DNA of 64,000 nucleotides, from positions 1 to 64,000 of the IMG/VR virus record IMGVR_UViG_3300010396_000009; one strand, written 5' to 3'. A program made the translations under genes and the position numbers. This document shows positions 36,605 to 46,958 of this stretch, one piece after another (the stretch's first letter is position 1; each line of letters begins with the position of its first letter). A model generated the notes under the pieces. That model did no database searches. It was not told the DNA's origin and worked only from the letters and a program-made list of their open reading frames with translations. Source of the stretch: a virus.

Positions 36605-37486
36605 TTAGGACTGAGCAACCGGCCACCAGGTGGTGAGGTCCGGTAGCTTAATAGAACCGAGTGATCCATCAGCAGTCAGCACTCCGTTGAATTCTGTATT
36701 AACAGTCTGCTGAAGGATCTTCGCCGTTTCGCGATCAACCTGGATTCCAGTAAAATCTTTCACCTGAGCCCACTTAAGCTCCCAAAACGTAGTCGCATCG
36801 ACGTACAATCGAACGGCGATATCATCGCCCTTATTAAATCTAGAGCGGTTCAAGTTCTGCTCGACGACCGATAGGGTGCAGTCCATGTTGCCGGATTTGC
36901 GACCCTTCCACAGGTGATTAACCCCCGCCGCGGCGACAATAGTGCTCGAGTTAACGTACTCCTGCACCTCGTTAGTGATAGTCAACGTGGCTGATGCCAC
37001 ATCTGACCACGTCGTAAATGACGTCCACGGTGACACGGTCGCGTAGCTCAGGCTGCCGAGCGCGATCGGTGGAATCGTCGGCGTGCTGACATCCAGATAA
37101 ACAGCCCCGCTGACGCCCTGCGATGTGAGATTTAGATGACCATCGAAATCGATGGCCATATTGATCATCTCACCGCCTTCGAAGTTCCAGTTCACGACGA
37201 GCTGCCTGACGATGGCAGTGCCCGAGTATTCAATACCGGCACCATATGCATCATTATCCGGTGCAGTGTAACCCTGAAATGTGAATGAGTCGCCGGGCAT
37301 TACTGTTGGCTGCTTACCGTACTGGGCGAAGCTTCCAGTCCACTCCTCAACACCGCGTCGGCGGAAAGGACCAAACGCTGTGTTGGACGCTACGCCCTTG
37401 GCCAGCGTCTGGGAGTCGTTGATTGACCAGTTGCGAACCGTGGACTGGTTGTTGACCACGCCGAACTTGCCGCTGTGAACAGCCAT
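36605..37486 (-). CDS. major tail tube protein
   Basis: Synteny; the RNWSIN...WTGSF pattern with internal duplication is typical of tube proteins. Confidence 0.7.
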   Translation of the reverse strand: MAVHSGKFGVVNNQSTVRNWSINDSQTLAKGVASNTAFGPFRRRGVEEWTGSFAQYGKQPTVMPGDSFTFQGYTAPDNDAYGAGIEYSGTAIVRQLVVNWNFEGGEMINMAIDFDGHLNLTSQGVSGAVYLDVSTPTIPPIALGSLSYATVSPWTSFTTWSDVASATLTITNEVQEYVNSSTIVAAAGVNHLWKGRKSGNMDCTLSVVEQNLNRSRFNKGDDIAVRLYVDATTFWELKWAQVKDFTGIQVDRETAKILQQTVNTEFNGVLTADGSLGSIKLPDLTTWWPVAQS

Positions 37487-37487
37487 A

Positions 37488-38009
37488 TTATGCTCCGCTA
37501 TTTTGCGTGATCAGGTCATCTGTCTTGAACCACATCTCAACCTCGCAGCCCCATATCGAGCTAAAGCCGCGAATTCCCCTATTTTTCTCGGAGTCAGTGA
37601 GAAGAACACTGCCCGTGATAAAGTCATAGCGCTTGACGAAGGGCTGACCGCTCCACTTGAGCAAAGGAAGAACATTCTTCCAGTTCGCCATAGCGCACCA
37701 GATCGCCCACGTCACTGGTAATATACCTCGAATGACGTTAACGTCACCAGTCGAGATCCACCACTCGTAGTTGAACACAAGCTTCGAGGCGGTCGAGTTA
37801 CCCTGAAGATTAGCCTGAGACTGATTGGCGACGAGAGTCACCTCGGGCACATCTGTCGTCGAGATCTCGATCTTGTCCGGCGGTATGAAGCTCTGCTTAT
37901 TGAATTTTATCCTATTGCCCTGCTTTACCAGTGACTGGAAATAGGCTGATCCCTCCACGAGACCCCAGAGGGCATCATACACCTGAGCTGGAGGACACTC
38001 CTCAGCCAC
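37488..38009 (-). CDS. putative tail terminator
   Basis: Synteny and size. Confidence 0.55.
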   Translation of the reverse strand: MAEECPPAQVYDALWGLVEGSAYFQSLVKQGNRIKFNKQSFIPPDKIEISTTDVPEVTLVANQSQANLQGNSTASKLVFNYEWWISTGDVNVIRGILPVTWAIWCAMANWKNVLPLLKWSGQPFVKRYDFITGSVLLTDSEKNRGIRGFSSIWGCEVEMWFKTDDLITQNSGA

Positions 38010-38481
38010 GGAGCACCTCCGTGAACGTTTTCTTGGCAGCTTTCTTCATGTCCTTGATCGACTGGTCGTCGGGCTCGACGAGGATTTTTCTTTCAGGGTT
38101 ATTGCCTAGGCCCTGCTGATGAATCTCGGCAAGGTCAGCCACTGGCATGTTAGCGGTCGGGTGATGAATCGTGGACCTGAAACCAAAGACCATTGACCTT
38201 GACGTGACCCTGATCACATCGATGATCGCTGATAGCTTTAGGCGCAGGAACCTAGTGTCTACCAGGATGCGCCTATGACCCTTTTTCTTCGCTCTCTTAT
38301 CAGAGATTGGCTTCCAGTTTCCTCCGCCAAGCGAAAACAAGGTGAACCTCTTCACGATAAAGGCCCGGTAGAGATCTGCCCAGCTTCGCTGAACATCCTT
38401 TACCGGGCCTTGCTTCGCTTGAATATCGCGCCGTAGCTTTCGCATCCGGCGAAGATCAGTCTTAACTCGAACCCTGATCAT
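38002..38481 (-). CDS. virion morphogenesis/tail completion protein (Mu gpG-like; start 38481)
   Basis: WKPIS...ILVDT..L...AEIHQQG...PERKIL. Confidence 0.75.
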   Translation of the reverse strand: MIRVRVKTDLRRMRKLRRDIQAKQGPVKDVQRSWADLYRAFIVKRFTLFSLGGGNWKPISDKRAKKKGHRRILVDTRFLRLKLSAIIDVIRVTSRSMVFGFRSTIHHPTANMPVADLAEIHQQGLGNNPERKILVEPDDQSIKDMKKAAKKTFTEVLRG

Positions 38482-38486
38482 TCGTG

Positions 38487-39566
38487 TTACGAGTAGAGTC
38501 CAGAGAACTCCAAGCCAGTGTTGAGGTTCGTGCCGGTGAGCTTGATCAAGCAGGCGGGTCGCGTGCACATATAGAGCACATTGCTCTGAACGTGCATCAT
38601 GATACCCTTGTCGAAGGGCAGCCTCTCCTGCTTCGCGTAGATCAGCTGACCGCGGGTATTGACCGTCTCGACGAAGTCGCCGGGAGCGACCACTTCAAGG
38701 AACAGGTCACGGGCGCCGGTCGGGAACGCGATCGCCTGCGTAGTCGGAATGAATCGCGTGGTTCCGACGAATCCGCGATAGTTCTCCCAGGACACATCAG
38801 CGAAGTTGAATCCACCTTCCTGAGAGCCGCCGGGGATCTGGGTCTCGCGCAAGAAGCTGTTCTGCTGATAGTACTCGTACGCCTTGCGGACGGTGCCGTG
38901 GTGCACGAAGTTGTCCCAGAACTGGTTCCCGCAGATCACCTTGACTCCGGTGAACGGGGTGTTACCGAGGGCGACCTGCATCTGGCGGATGAGACCCTGG
39001 GCGAGCATCTTCATGTCGACCGTCGGGTTCGGTAACGCGTATGTCCCCGCGTCCGTGAAGTCAACAGTAATGCTCGTCTGCGAGATGCCGAAGTCGGTGA
39101 AGAAGTTCTCGACCGTGGAGCCGTCAGCGTCCAGGATGACGCCCGTGAGAGCGCCGATGCGGTGGTACTCCCAGGTGACCTCCTGATTGGCCTTCATCTG
39201 CTCGAGGCGATCGTTGACGATCTGTGAGAAGACCTCGGTCTGGTCCTCGCTCCCGAAGGCTCGCTTGCCCTCCAGGTCCTCAGCGAGGAGCTCAAACCAC
39301 TGAGGCATGTGAGGCACCTGGAACGCTCGCTCCTTGCGGCGAGGTTGGTGCATCGTGTTCTGCAGCGAGGAGCCGCGAGTCTGGGTCTGAACCAGCTGCA
39401 GGATGCCCTGGCGCTCTTCGATGACTGCATGCCTTGTCGTAATCGGGCGCTGCTGGAACAGCCCCATTTCTCCGATTCGACCTGGCATATACGGCAGCTT
39501 GTCGATCGCCAGCGTAAGACTCTGCAAATCGAACGGCGAGCCGTCGAATATGTCTAAGAGGGCCAT
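38487..39566 (-). CDS. major capsid protein (lambda gpE-like family)
   Basis: SLTLAIDKLPY.PGRIGEMGLF, TWEYHRIGALTG, ETVNT.G..IYAK and QSN.L. Confidence 0.92.
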   Translation of the reverse strand: MALLDIFDGSPFDLQSLTLAIDKLPYMPGRIGEMGLFQQRPITTRHAVIEERQGILQLVQTQTRGSSLQNTMHQPRRKERAFQVPHMPQWFELLAEDLEGKRAFGSEDQTEVFSQIVNDRLEQMKANQEVTWEYHRIGALTGVILDADGSTVENFFTDFGISQTSITVDFTDAGTYALPNPTVDMKMLAQGLIRQMQVALGNTPFTGVKVICGNQFWDNFVHHGTVRKAYEYYQQNSFLRETQIPGGSQEGGFNFADVSWENYRGFVGTTRFIPTTQAIAFPTGARDLFLEVVAPGDFVETVNTRGQLIYAKQERLPFDKGIMMHVQSNVLYMCTRPACLIKLTGTNLNTGLEFSGLYS

Positions 39567-39629
39567 TCGTGTCTTCCTTTGATTCTCTCGAGACTGGGTT
39601 AAACTGACAACAGAGAACTAGTGTCTTGA

Positions 39630-40196
39630 TTACGTCGTCTGCGTTCCGATCGCCGCGGCAGCGGGCTCGGTCAGCATGTCGATGGGCGGATTCAAGGCCT
39701 GCAGTGAGGTGATGATAGTCGCGGCGGTATACGCCACACCAGCGAGATCGGCAGCCTGAATCATTGATTGGTTGATCAGGGCGGGGCCACGAAACAAGAT
39801 CGGATACTTGGCCGCGGTGATTGCGTTATTTGCGAGCGCCTCGGGGATATTCTGCGAGTCATCGCCAAGAAAGAGACCGACGACCGAAGCCTCGTCGCCG
39901 GAGTTTGCGGCTGTCCACTGGGTGGCGACTTTCTTAAGCGGAAGCCCGGCCTGAATTGCCCCAGCCGCGATGGAAATGCCAGACGTGTTTTTGATCGTCT
40001 GAGCCGTTCTTGTGTAGAGCTGATTCGGCTCCCAGCGCACGAGCTCATACGGTCGCACCCGGTCAGTGATCGGCCCCTGAGCCACGGCACCCAGCATACC
40101 GAGCGCAAGGATCGCCTCGGAGTACTCCGGAAAAATTGCGCATGCCAGCGCCATGATCGCGATGATAGCCAGCGTGGGCAGAAGCGAAAATTTCAT
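39630..40196 (-). CDS. head decoration protein-like (start uncertain)
   Basis: Lies between protease and capsid; Ala/Gly-rich with an RGPALIN motif. Confidence 0.65.
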   Translation of the reverse strand: MKFSLLPTLAIIAIMALACAIFPEYSEAILALGMLGAVAQGPITDRVRPYELVRWEPNQLYTRTAQTIKNTSGISIAAGAIQAGLPLKKVATQWTAANSGDEASVVGLFLGDDSQNIPEALANNAITAAKYPILFRGPALINQSMIQAADLAGVAYTAATIITSLQALNPPIDMLTEPAAAAIGTQTT

Positions 40197-40245
40197 TTGT
40201 CGAGTCCCGTTTGTGAGTATAGAGTCGTGAGATCGAATTAAGCGT

Positions 40246-41541
40246 TTACGAATTTCGCCGATGACGGGCAGCGTGCTGTGCGGCTCGTCGCTCGGCGTCC
40301 TTGACGATGGACGGCGTGCCGTTGTCACCATGGTTAGGTGATTGCTGATGATTGGTTCGCTCTCCCGTCGAGGTGATCGGACTGTTCAGCGAGAGGGCTG
40401 CGACGATGTCGTCGAAGTCATCTCCTGTCTCGTTGGGATACATGGTCTCATGCGAGAGGGCGAAGGAAACGGCCTTCGGCGTCGCGTACTTTGCCTTGAG
40501 CTGCTTCATCACCGGGACCGAGATCTTCTTACTGGTCACGAGACCCAGGAGCTCTTGTTCGCGAGCCTTGACCAGGCGATTCTGAAGGGACTTCGGAACG
40601 TCGAAGCTCATGGCCGGGGGAGGCTCGTAATTGCGATCATGGGCTCTGTTGCGTCGCCCACCACCGAACTCATCACCCTCACCCTCGTCCTCGAAGACTT
40701 CAGGAGGAACCCCGGCGCCCATTCCCTCGGCCTCGGAGAGCTCCCCTTCCTCTTCCTCTTCCTCGAATTCAGGAAGCTCTTCTTCCTCACCCTCGCCGCC
40801 TTCGCCTTCACCTTCACCTGGAGGAGCGGAGTTGAAAGCTTGCTCGATGCACTCGCTGATCGCCTCGTCATCGGCCCCTTCGGGGCACTCAACTCCGAGC
40901 TTCTGAGCGAGATTAACAAGGGCCGGACTTGCCATATTATTTCCTTCTTCGTGATCGCAAGCGATGAATGAAAGCTCGATGCCTGATTGATTTGCTAACT
41001 GAGCCGCTACGTCAGAGAATTTACTCAGAGCTGGAACAACGGGATAATCCGTAATCGCCACGTGGCGAATTGGTCTAGCATAGCGCTTGCCGACGCCAGA
41101 CGTAAATTCATGCGGCATGAATAGGGAAACGTCGCTCTCCCTAAACTGCTCCTTGTATTCTGGCCTTCGCCATTTTATGTAGGCGAATAGCGCCGGCTGA
41201 CCTCGCCGATTTGGGTGCTCAGACGGCTCAACGGCCATCTTGACCACGGTGCCTCGACGGGCCTCGGGGTCAGTAGTGTGACCGATAGGAACTGGTACTG
41301 GGATGCCGTCATGGGCCATCTGATTGAACGTGCGCACCCAGTGCTCGAGCTGGAACTCATCGACGGGAAGCTCGAATTGAGTCTCCCCGTTATCATCTAC
41401 CTTGACAAAGGTTCCAGGGTACGCGAGCTCTTTTCTCGAGATAAGCTCAGGCTCATCGAGCCCGCAGGACGCGTCCACTGATAAGCAGACTGTCTTGGGA
41501 AGCTTTAGAAACCACTCAGTTCTGAGTCTATTTTTGGCCAT
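40246..41541 (-). CDS. Mu gpI-like prohead protease/scaffold
   Basis: PIGH, DVSLF and HVAITDYPVV motifs, followed by an acidic scaffold region. Confidence 0.8.
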   Translation of the reverse strand: MAKNRLRTEWFLKLPKTVCLSVDASCGLDEPELISRKELAYPGTFVKVDDNGETQFELPVDEFQLEHWVRTFNQMAHDGIPVPVPIGHTTDPEARRGTVVKMAVEPSEHPNRRGQPALFAYIKWRRPEYKEQFRESDVSLFMPHEFTSGVGKRYARPIRHVAITDYPVVPALSKFSDVAAQLANQSGIELSFIACDHEEGNNMASPALVNLAQKLGVECPEGADDEAISECIEQAFNSAPPGEGEGEGGEGEEEELPEFEEEEEEGELSEAEGMGAGVPPEVFEDEGEGDEFGGGRRNRAHDRNYEPPPAMSFDVPKSLQNRLVKAREQELLGLVTSKKISVPVMKQLKAKYATPKAVSFALSHETMYPNETGDDFDDIVAALSLNSPITSTGERTNHQQSPNHGDNGTPSIVKDAERRAAQHAARHRRNS

Positions 41542-41547
41542 GCTATG

Positions 41548-42237
41548 CTAAATATACCCTGTCACTAGTGCGCCCGCATTGAAACGAAATCCAGGGTCGA
41601 CGTCCGGAGTTCCGATGAACGGCCGAGTCTTAGCCAATCGAGAGCCAAATCTGATCGGCCTACAGCGACAGCGACAATTCCACCCATTCGGGGTGAAATA
41701 TGAGCGCCAGAACTTATGACGCTTGGGATACCTGACGCCGTGAAGAGCTCTGTGACTCTTCCTGGCGTCTATCTTGGCGACGTACTCAAAGCCCCAAATA
41801 CTGGGATCACTGTATCCCTGAATCCAGGTAGCCGCCGCATCAGCGATAGATGACTGAGTCCTGGCTACAGTCTGTATCAGAGACTTATCCTCGCCGTAGA
41901 CACCAATTCTAGTGAGGGCCCTGCGAATATACTGTAATCGCTTCGCCTCGGAGAGCTGTGAGGCTACTCGAATCGCCTTCAATAGATCAGCTCGCACGCG
42001 AGACATGTTCTCGTCTGTGATACTTCGCGCTATCGAGCGAAACATCTCAGTGGCAGCTATCCTTTGGCGCTTGGGAAGCGATCTGAAGACCTTGATGCCA
42101 TGATCCTGCGCCATCGCGAATACTTGGTGCTCGACTTCTGAGCAGTCGAGAGCATAGCCCACCGGATCAGAGGCCGCCTCCAGAGACCATGCGAAGTACC
42201 TGGAGGCGGCGATCGAAGATAGCTGATCTGGCGTCAT
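41548..42237 (-). CDS. MuF / SPP1 gp7-like minor head protein
   Basis: TVARTQ, RKSHRALHG, FW...PNGWNCRC and DPGFRFN. Confidence 0.92.
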   Translation of the reverse strand: MTPDQLSSIAASRYFAWSLEAASDPVGYALDCSEVEHQVFAMAQDHGIKVFRSLPKRQRIAATEMFRSIARSITDENMSRVRADLLKAIRVASQLSEAKRLQYIRRALTRIGVYGEDKSLIQTVARTQSSIADAAATWIQGYSDPSIWGFEYVAKIDARKSHRALHGVRYPKRHKFWRSYFTPNGWNCRCRCRPIRFGSRLAKTRPFIGTPDVDPGFRFNAGALVTGYI

Positions 42238-42527
42238 TAGGCAGCGGGCGTATTGGCGACGACGGCCGCGGCCAGGGCCGCCTGACTTGTGCCGAGCTCT
42301 GTTGAGAGCGCGTTCAGCGCCGCGGAATCGTCCTGCGGAGCCGAGGCGATTGCCGCATCGAGCTTGTCCTTGAGATTCTTAAGAAGCTGAGCTGCCGAGG
42401 CCTCCGCACTTGTGTTCGCCGTGACCTGAGCTGTGAGAGCATCGAGTGCTGCTGACATCTGCTGTACCTTTTGCATGAGGTGATTGACCCGGTGCTCGAG
42501 CACCAAAGCGTTGTTCTCTAAGTGCAT
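42237..42527 (-). CDS. Ala-rich coiled-coil phage protein
   Basis: LDALTAQVTANT...LAAAVVANTP; TAATG overlap with MuF. Confidence 0.65.
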   Translation of the reverse strand: MHLENNALVLEHRVNHLMQKVQQMSAALDALTAQVTANTSAEASAAQLLKNLKDKLDAAIASAPQDDSAALNALSTELGTSQAALAAAVVANTPAA

Positions 42528-42536
42528 AATTTACCC

Positions 42537-43508
42537 TTACTGAGGCCAGCCCCACCAGAAGGTGTCAAAGCTCATGAACCAGCTGTTATAAGACGGGATG
42601 CCCTGCAGCTCACTCACCTGATTGACCATAGACACCTGTCCTGGACTCAGCAGTGGACCGATGGGTGATTGATATGGCTGCACTGACTGCACCGAGAATG
42701 GGTGAGTTGTGACCCCGACATCGCCATCTACTAGTCTGCGCTGCCCTGCCCTGCACTGCTTGATAAACTTCTCGACTCGCTTTACGTCCGAGCTAAATCG
42801 ATCGCGACCCTCCTCATCAGACGTGTCTCTGATGCCCCTAGCTCGATAAAGAATCGATGCCGCGAGCATCGTGCAGTTGCGACGGAGCCCGGATGACTGC
42901 TGGGCAATCTGCGGAGTAATAATACCGCATGGACTGCCTCGAAGCTGCATCTTAAAGTCATCTGTCGCCTCGTCAACCGCAGCCCAGATGTTATTTAAAA
43001 TATCTGACGTGACTCCAGTGTTAGCGGTATCGGCCCATTGAGTAATAGCATCGGCGGAATAGCGCCTATTCATCTCCCAGTGAGAGGTCCAGAATGCCGG
43101 GTAGTCGTCGTTGCTTACCCAGATCTGATACTGCTCATTGATTACTCGATAAACGCCGTTCTGCTGCAGCGATGTAGTAACCGAGAAGCTAAACAGGTAA
43201 ACAGTGCCGATGGTCCCATCTGGAAGAACTGCAGTAGGCGCAGTAGGATCCTCAGGAAGCACGCCACCAGAAACAGTGCACAAGACACCTTTGCCGATGC
43301 CAATCTGCGTAGCTGGTGATGGCGGTGTCAACGGCCCAGAAAGATTAACAGTGAGAGTCGAGAACGAGAGATCAGTGTTCGTTGGACTTGGCAGTATCAT
43401 CGTTGGATGCGGATCGCACGACGTGATCGTCTCACCGGGCGCCAGCTGCCTAGTGAAATCGAAGTAAAGTATCGGTATGGCGAGTACGCGCTTCTTTATG
43501 ACTAGCAT
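42537..43508 (-). CDS. Ig-like adaptor domain fused to a Mu gp36/DUF1320-like head-tail connector
   Basis: N-terminal YFDF..LAPGETITS..VSGG; C-terminal RYS.DAI...AVDEA...LAASILYRARG. Confidence 0.55.
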   Translation of the reverse strand: MLVIKKRVLAIPILYFDFTRQLAPGETITSCDPHPTMILPSPTNTDLSFSTLTVNLSGPLTPPSPATQIGIGKGVLCTVSGGVLPEDPTAPTAVLPDGTIGTVYLFSFSVTTSLQQNGVYRVINEQYQIWVSNDDYPAFWTSHWEMNRRYSADAITQWADTANTGVTSDILNNIWAAVDEATDDFKMQLRGSPCGIITPQIAQQSSGLRRNCTMLAASILYRARGIRDTSDEEGRDRFSSDVKRVEKFIKQCRAGQRRLVDGDVGVTTHPFSVQSVQPYQSPIGPLLSPGQVSMVNQVSELQGIPSYNSWFMSFDTFWWGWPQ

Positions 43509-43516
43509 TTAGATGC

Positions 43517-43702
43517 TCAGTTGCTCGGCGGAACGAGATATGGCTGCTGCGGTAACCTGATGACGAAGACCGTGCTCGGCGCGCCGAGCACAAATGGAGG
43601 TCCCGGCACCGGCTGCTGGGTGATGGCTCCCGTAACTGGGCGCCAGATCACCCTAGACGCGATGCCCATGGTCCTCTGCGTATGACCCCAGAATATCATC
43701 AT
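43517..43702 (-). CDS. small hypothetical protein
   Basis: Fills a gap in the structural operon. Confidence 0.45.
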   Translation of the reverse strand: MMIFWGHTQRTMGIASRVIWRPVTGAITQQPVPGPPFVLGAPSTVFVIRLPQQPYLVPPSN

Positions 43703-43711
43703 GATAGCACA

Positions 43712-45220
43712 TCACGGCTGCGTGTACAGCGTGAAGGGAAGCTCGATGGCGCCGACGGCAGTCGCGAGGAACGTGATGCCGCCGCCGTTCATATCTGTAT
43801 TGGCCAAATCTACCTTGTAGGTGCCGCTGGTGCCGATCTCTGTGATGCCGCTCATATTGGCAACGTTAGCATACGAATTACCGTCGATAGATCTCTGGAG
43901 CGTGATTTGCCCAGATAACCCAGATAAGAGCTGCTGTGGGTTCGCCGCGTTAAACATCGGGAATGTATAGCCGCTGATACCGACGTCCTTCTTGAAGACC
44001 AGCTGTCCATTCAATAAGGTGACCAGGGCGCCAGCCTGCATCGGCGTTCCGATGGCGACTAGAAGCGCCGCATAGTTAGCCGCGAGCACGCTCGCCTGGG
44101 CTGCTGTCTTGGCAGCGTCGTACGCTGATATGAGCGCCATTGCATCGCCGGCCTTTGCGGGCGCGTAGTTAGGCTGACTGACAGATAGCGCGACTGATGC
44201 GCCCGCTTGCATCGGCGTCCCTACCGCCGTCAAGAGCAACGTCTCGTCAGCTATGTTATTTGTCGGCAGCTTGTTGTAGATGGATGTAAGATGCGACTGA
44301 TCCGTGGCAGTCCACACGACGGATGCCTCGTCGACAGTCTGCGTGTATGCCGATAGAGTGTATACGACAGACGAAATTGTCGCCGATACATCCATGCGTA
44401 TTTGCTCGAGTGTCGGTGAAGCGCCCGGTGTATACGTCCAGCGGTACACACCTGTTGATGGGTTTGTGGCAGCAGACAAATTGCCCGACAAATTGCCGCT
44501 TGTGTTGCCCGTGGCCGTCAGCGTCGGAGTCGTATCGGCATTCACAGCCGTTCCGTCGACGGCGGAGTACGTGCGGCACTCGATGGTATAGGTCTCACCA
44601 GGGACATACTGCCCGATGGTAGTCAGCAACAAGTGCTTCGATGCAGACTGATTAATAGCGACGATATCAGCGTGACTGGCAACAGCGCCGCCGACGTTAA
44701 GGTTATCGAGATAGCCGGCCCTGGCGGACGTAAGTCGTGTCAAGAGCGTCGCAGCATCTACGCCGTCACCACTGGCAATAGTCGCCGGGACTTTGCCGCC
44801 GCTGGAATTCAACTGGCCCGTACCCGTTCCGACCTGCAAGCCGTGGAGGTTGTTATTGGCGTCGACCGTGGGCACGCCTCCATTTGCGCCGGCTGTGGCA
44901 TTCGGCACGCCGTCAAACCCTGCATTGTGTGCATTCGCGACTTCATACGCGTCGCCAGCGTCATTGATTGACGCCTCAGCCCCGCGCCATGCTAGCGGCC
45001 CGGTCGTGCCTGTGTCGCCGGTCCCTAGATCGAAGTAATAGAACCCGCTCGAAATTTCGGTTGCGTTTGTCACGCCGGCCGCCGGGTTCCCGAATAACCC
45101 GCCGTTCTTGCTGATCGTGATTGCAATAGTCTTCCCGGTCGCCAGCGTCTTGCCATCCGATGACAGGTAAGCCCGGAACGCCACACGCTTGGCGACTGAT
45201 TGAGGTATCCGCTCTGCCAT
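43712..45220 (-). CDS. putative fibre/whisker structural protein
   Basis: Gly/Ala/Thr-rich, with related Ig-like end domains (TEISSGFYYFDL / TEIGTSGTYKVDL). Confidence 0.6.
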   Translation of the reverse strand: MAERIPQSVAKRVAFRAYLSSDGKTLATGKTIAITISKNGGLFGNPAAGVTNATEISSGFYYFDLGTGDTGTTGPLAWRGAEASINDAGDAYEVANAHNAGFDGVPNATAGANGGVPTVDANNNLHGLQVGTGTGQLNSSGGKVPATIASGDGVDAATLLTRLTSARAGYLDNLNVGGAVASHADIVAINQSASKHLLLTTIGQYVPGETYTIECRTYSAVDGTAVNADTTPTLTATGNTSGNLSGNLSAATNPSTGVYRWTYTPGASPTLEQIRMDVSATISSVVYTLSAYTQTVDEASVVWTATDQSHLTSIYNKLPTNNIADETLLLTAVGTPMQAGASVALSVSQPNYAPAKAGDAMALISAYDAAKTAAQASVLAANYAALLVAIGTPMQAGALVTLLNGQLVFKKDVGISGYTFPMFNAANPQQLLSGLSGQITLQRSIDGNSYANVANMSGITEIGTSGTYKVDLANTDMNGGGITFLATAVGAIELPFTLYTQP

Positions 45221-45223
45221 GAT

Positions 45224-46672
45224 TTATCCTAAAGCGGAAAGACCAGATGGAAGTGCCGCACGGTTCGCGCCACCCGCCGCCGCCTGACTCTGCAACGCCC
45301 CGCCGTCCGCAAACCCCGCTGTAACCAGCCCCGGCAGCGACCCCGGAAACCCCGCCGCCTTGCACGCTGCCCCGCCGCCAGCCGTCGAGTTCAGCGAGAA
45401 GTCATTGCTAGTGCGTGCGGTAAACGGATCGGCAGTCAGCGTCACGTCTCCGCTGCCGGCGGCGAGATTATTGCGCGCCCCACTGGTGTTCGAACCGTAG
45501 GCGTTGTTGCGGTTCGCGACGATAAACGCGGCCGAGTTGGTGTCGTTTACTCCATACCCGCCGTTGCCCCAGAAAATCGAATTTTGCAGAAGCAGCCCGA
45601 AGAAATTTCCGTTGGCGATCGCACTCACGATTCCGTCGCTGGTCTGCGAGACAAAATCACAATGACCCACGTCGATCATGCTCCCGCTCGTTGCTGATGA
45701 TCCGGCCGCCGACGTGAGGTTGATTCCGGTTGCGTTGCTATAAAACACACAGTTGCGAACGGTGTAACCGTTGACGCCAGACACGCCCATCGACGGAATT
45801 TTGATGCCAGCGCCGGTGTTGCCGTGGATGTAGCAGTTCATAATCCGGCTCGTGTTCGCAATGATAATGCCATCTGCGCCGCCGGTCACTTCAAGTCCGT
45901 CGCAGATCAAATTCGAAATCGCGAATGCGATTGAATTGTCGGAGAGAATAGCTGCTTTGTGACCCGACAGTTTGCAGTTGGAAATTCTCCAATTGGCTGT
46001 GGTCCGATTGAATCCCGGAACAAACGCATATCCAGGTGTACCCGCAGTGGTGCTAAAGTCGATGTTGTCGAACACACGAAAGTTCAATGTCACGCTGGCG
46101 TTGTCTTTAATCATCATCAGGTTGTTCGTGGCAGTCGTAATCAGCGGTCGCGTCCCGTCGTGGTCTCCGCGAGTCGTGTGATACCCTTGCCACGTAATGA
46201 CGCCGCTTGTCTGGTCGCCGGGATTACTGAGGATGATTGATGATGAAATTGTCTGGTTCGTGCCGTCAGCCTTGAGCCATGCAGTGTTCCCGGCAACGAG
46301 CACTCCCTCTGCTTTAGTAATCGTCGCCAGAGCACCGCCTACATTTGCCGTACCTGCTGCCCCGACACCAGTTGCCACGTTGCGGTCGAATGTGATTGAC
46401 GATCCGACAACAACAGACGCCACATTGTAGATGCCGGTGGTGAAGTTCGTGCCCGCTGTGATCTGTGTCCAATTTCCTACCATGTCAGATGTGGCAGAAG
46501 CAGTGGATACGGTTGCACTCGCCCCTGACGTGGTCAATCCGCTCAAGGCATATTGGGCACTCGCCTGCTGGCTGTAATCAGTGCCAGACGAACCGGTGAC
46601 ATAGCCACCTCCATTGTTGTCGCTTCCCGAACCGGGGCGAACTTCTGCAACACTAGCTGCCGGAAGTGTCAT
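45224..46672 (-). CDS. right-handed beta-helix (pectin lyase-like) structural protein
   Basis: Repeated NC/NS-x-F-x-x-N-x-x-x-GI rungs and a C-terminal DPF...DFSL...DGGALQ. Confidence 0.75.
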   Translation of the reverse strand: MTLPAASVAEVRPGSGSDNNGGGYVTGSSGTDYSQQASAQYALSGLTTSGASATVSTASATSDMVGNWTQITAGTNFTTGIYNVASVVVGSSITFDRNVATGVGAAGTANVGGALATITKAEGVLVAGNTAWLKADGTNQTISSSIILSNPGDQTSGVITWQGYHTTRGDHDGTRPLITTATNNLMMIKDNASVTLNFRVFDNIDFSTTAGTPGYAFVPGFNRTTANWRISNCKLSGHKAAILSDNSIAFAISNLICDGLEVTGGADGIIIANTSRIMNCYIHGNTGAGIKIPSMGVSGVNGYTVRNCVFYSNATGINLTSAAGSSATSGSMIDVGHCDFVSQTSDGIVSAIANGNFFGLLLQNSIFWGNGGYGVNDTNSAAFIVANRNNAYGSNTSGARNNLAAGSGDVTLTADPFTARTSNDFSLNSTAGGGAACKAAGFPGSLPGLVTAGFADGGALQSQAAAGGANRAALPSGLSALG

Positions 46673-46933
46673 TTAGCTAACTGGATGCCTTTTCAATCTG
46701 AGGATGACTTGCTCTCTTTTGAGTCCCGGTAATGCCTGTCGCAGAATTCTGAATGCCTTCTTCTGGTCTGGTGCATCGCACCAGACTCGCGCTTCGTCAC
46801 CTGCCACGGTCCAGTGCTTCGGTTTCGCGTGCTTTCTATGTGCAACTGCCGCTGGCTTCGCCCGGTACTTTTCGCGAGTCTCCGCGATAATTTTATCGAT
46901 CACTTCGGGTGTCATCGCGAGTCCCGTATGCAA
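46673..46933 (-). CDS. hypothetical protein
   Basis: Abuts the next gene. Confidence 0.45.
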   Translation of the reverse strand: MHTGLAMTPEVIDKIIAETREKYRAKPAAVAHRKHAKPKHWTVAGDEARVWCDAPDQKKAFRILRQALPGLKREQVILRLKRHPVS

Positions 46934-46958
46934 TTGTTGTTGAGGTGAACGCCACGCA

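Noticed and set aside
39613-39623. GAGAACTAGTG shared with 60260-60270 as a late regulatory motif
   Set aside because: Only two copies of an 11-mer, which cannot be separated from chance without counting.
41548-42237. MuF-fused toxin
   Set aside because: The protein ends right after the MuF domain with no C-terminal extension.
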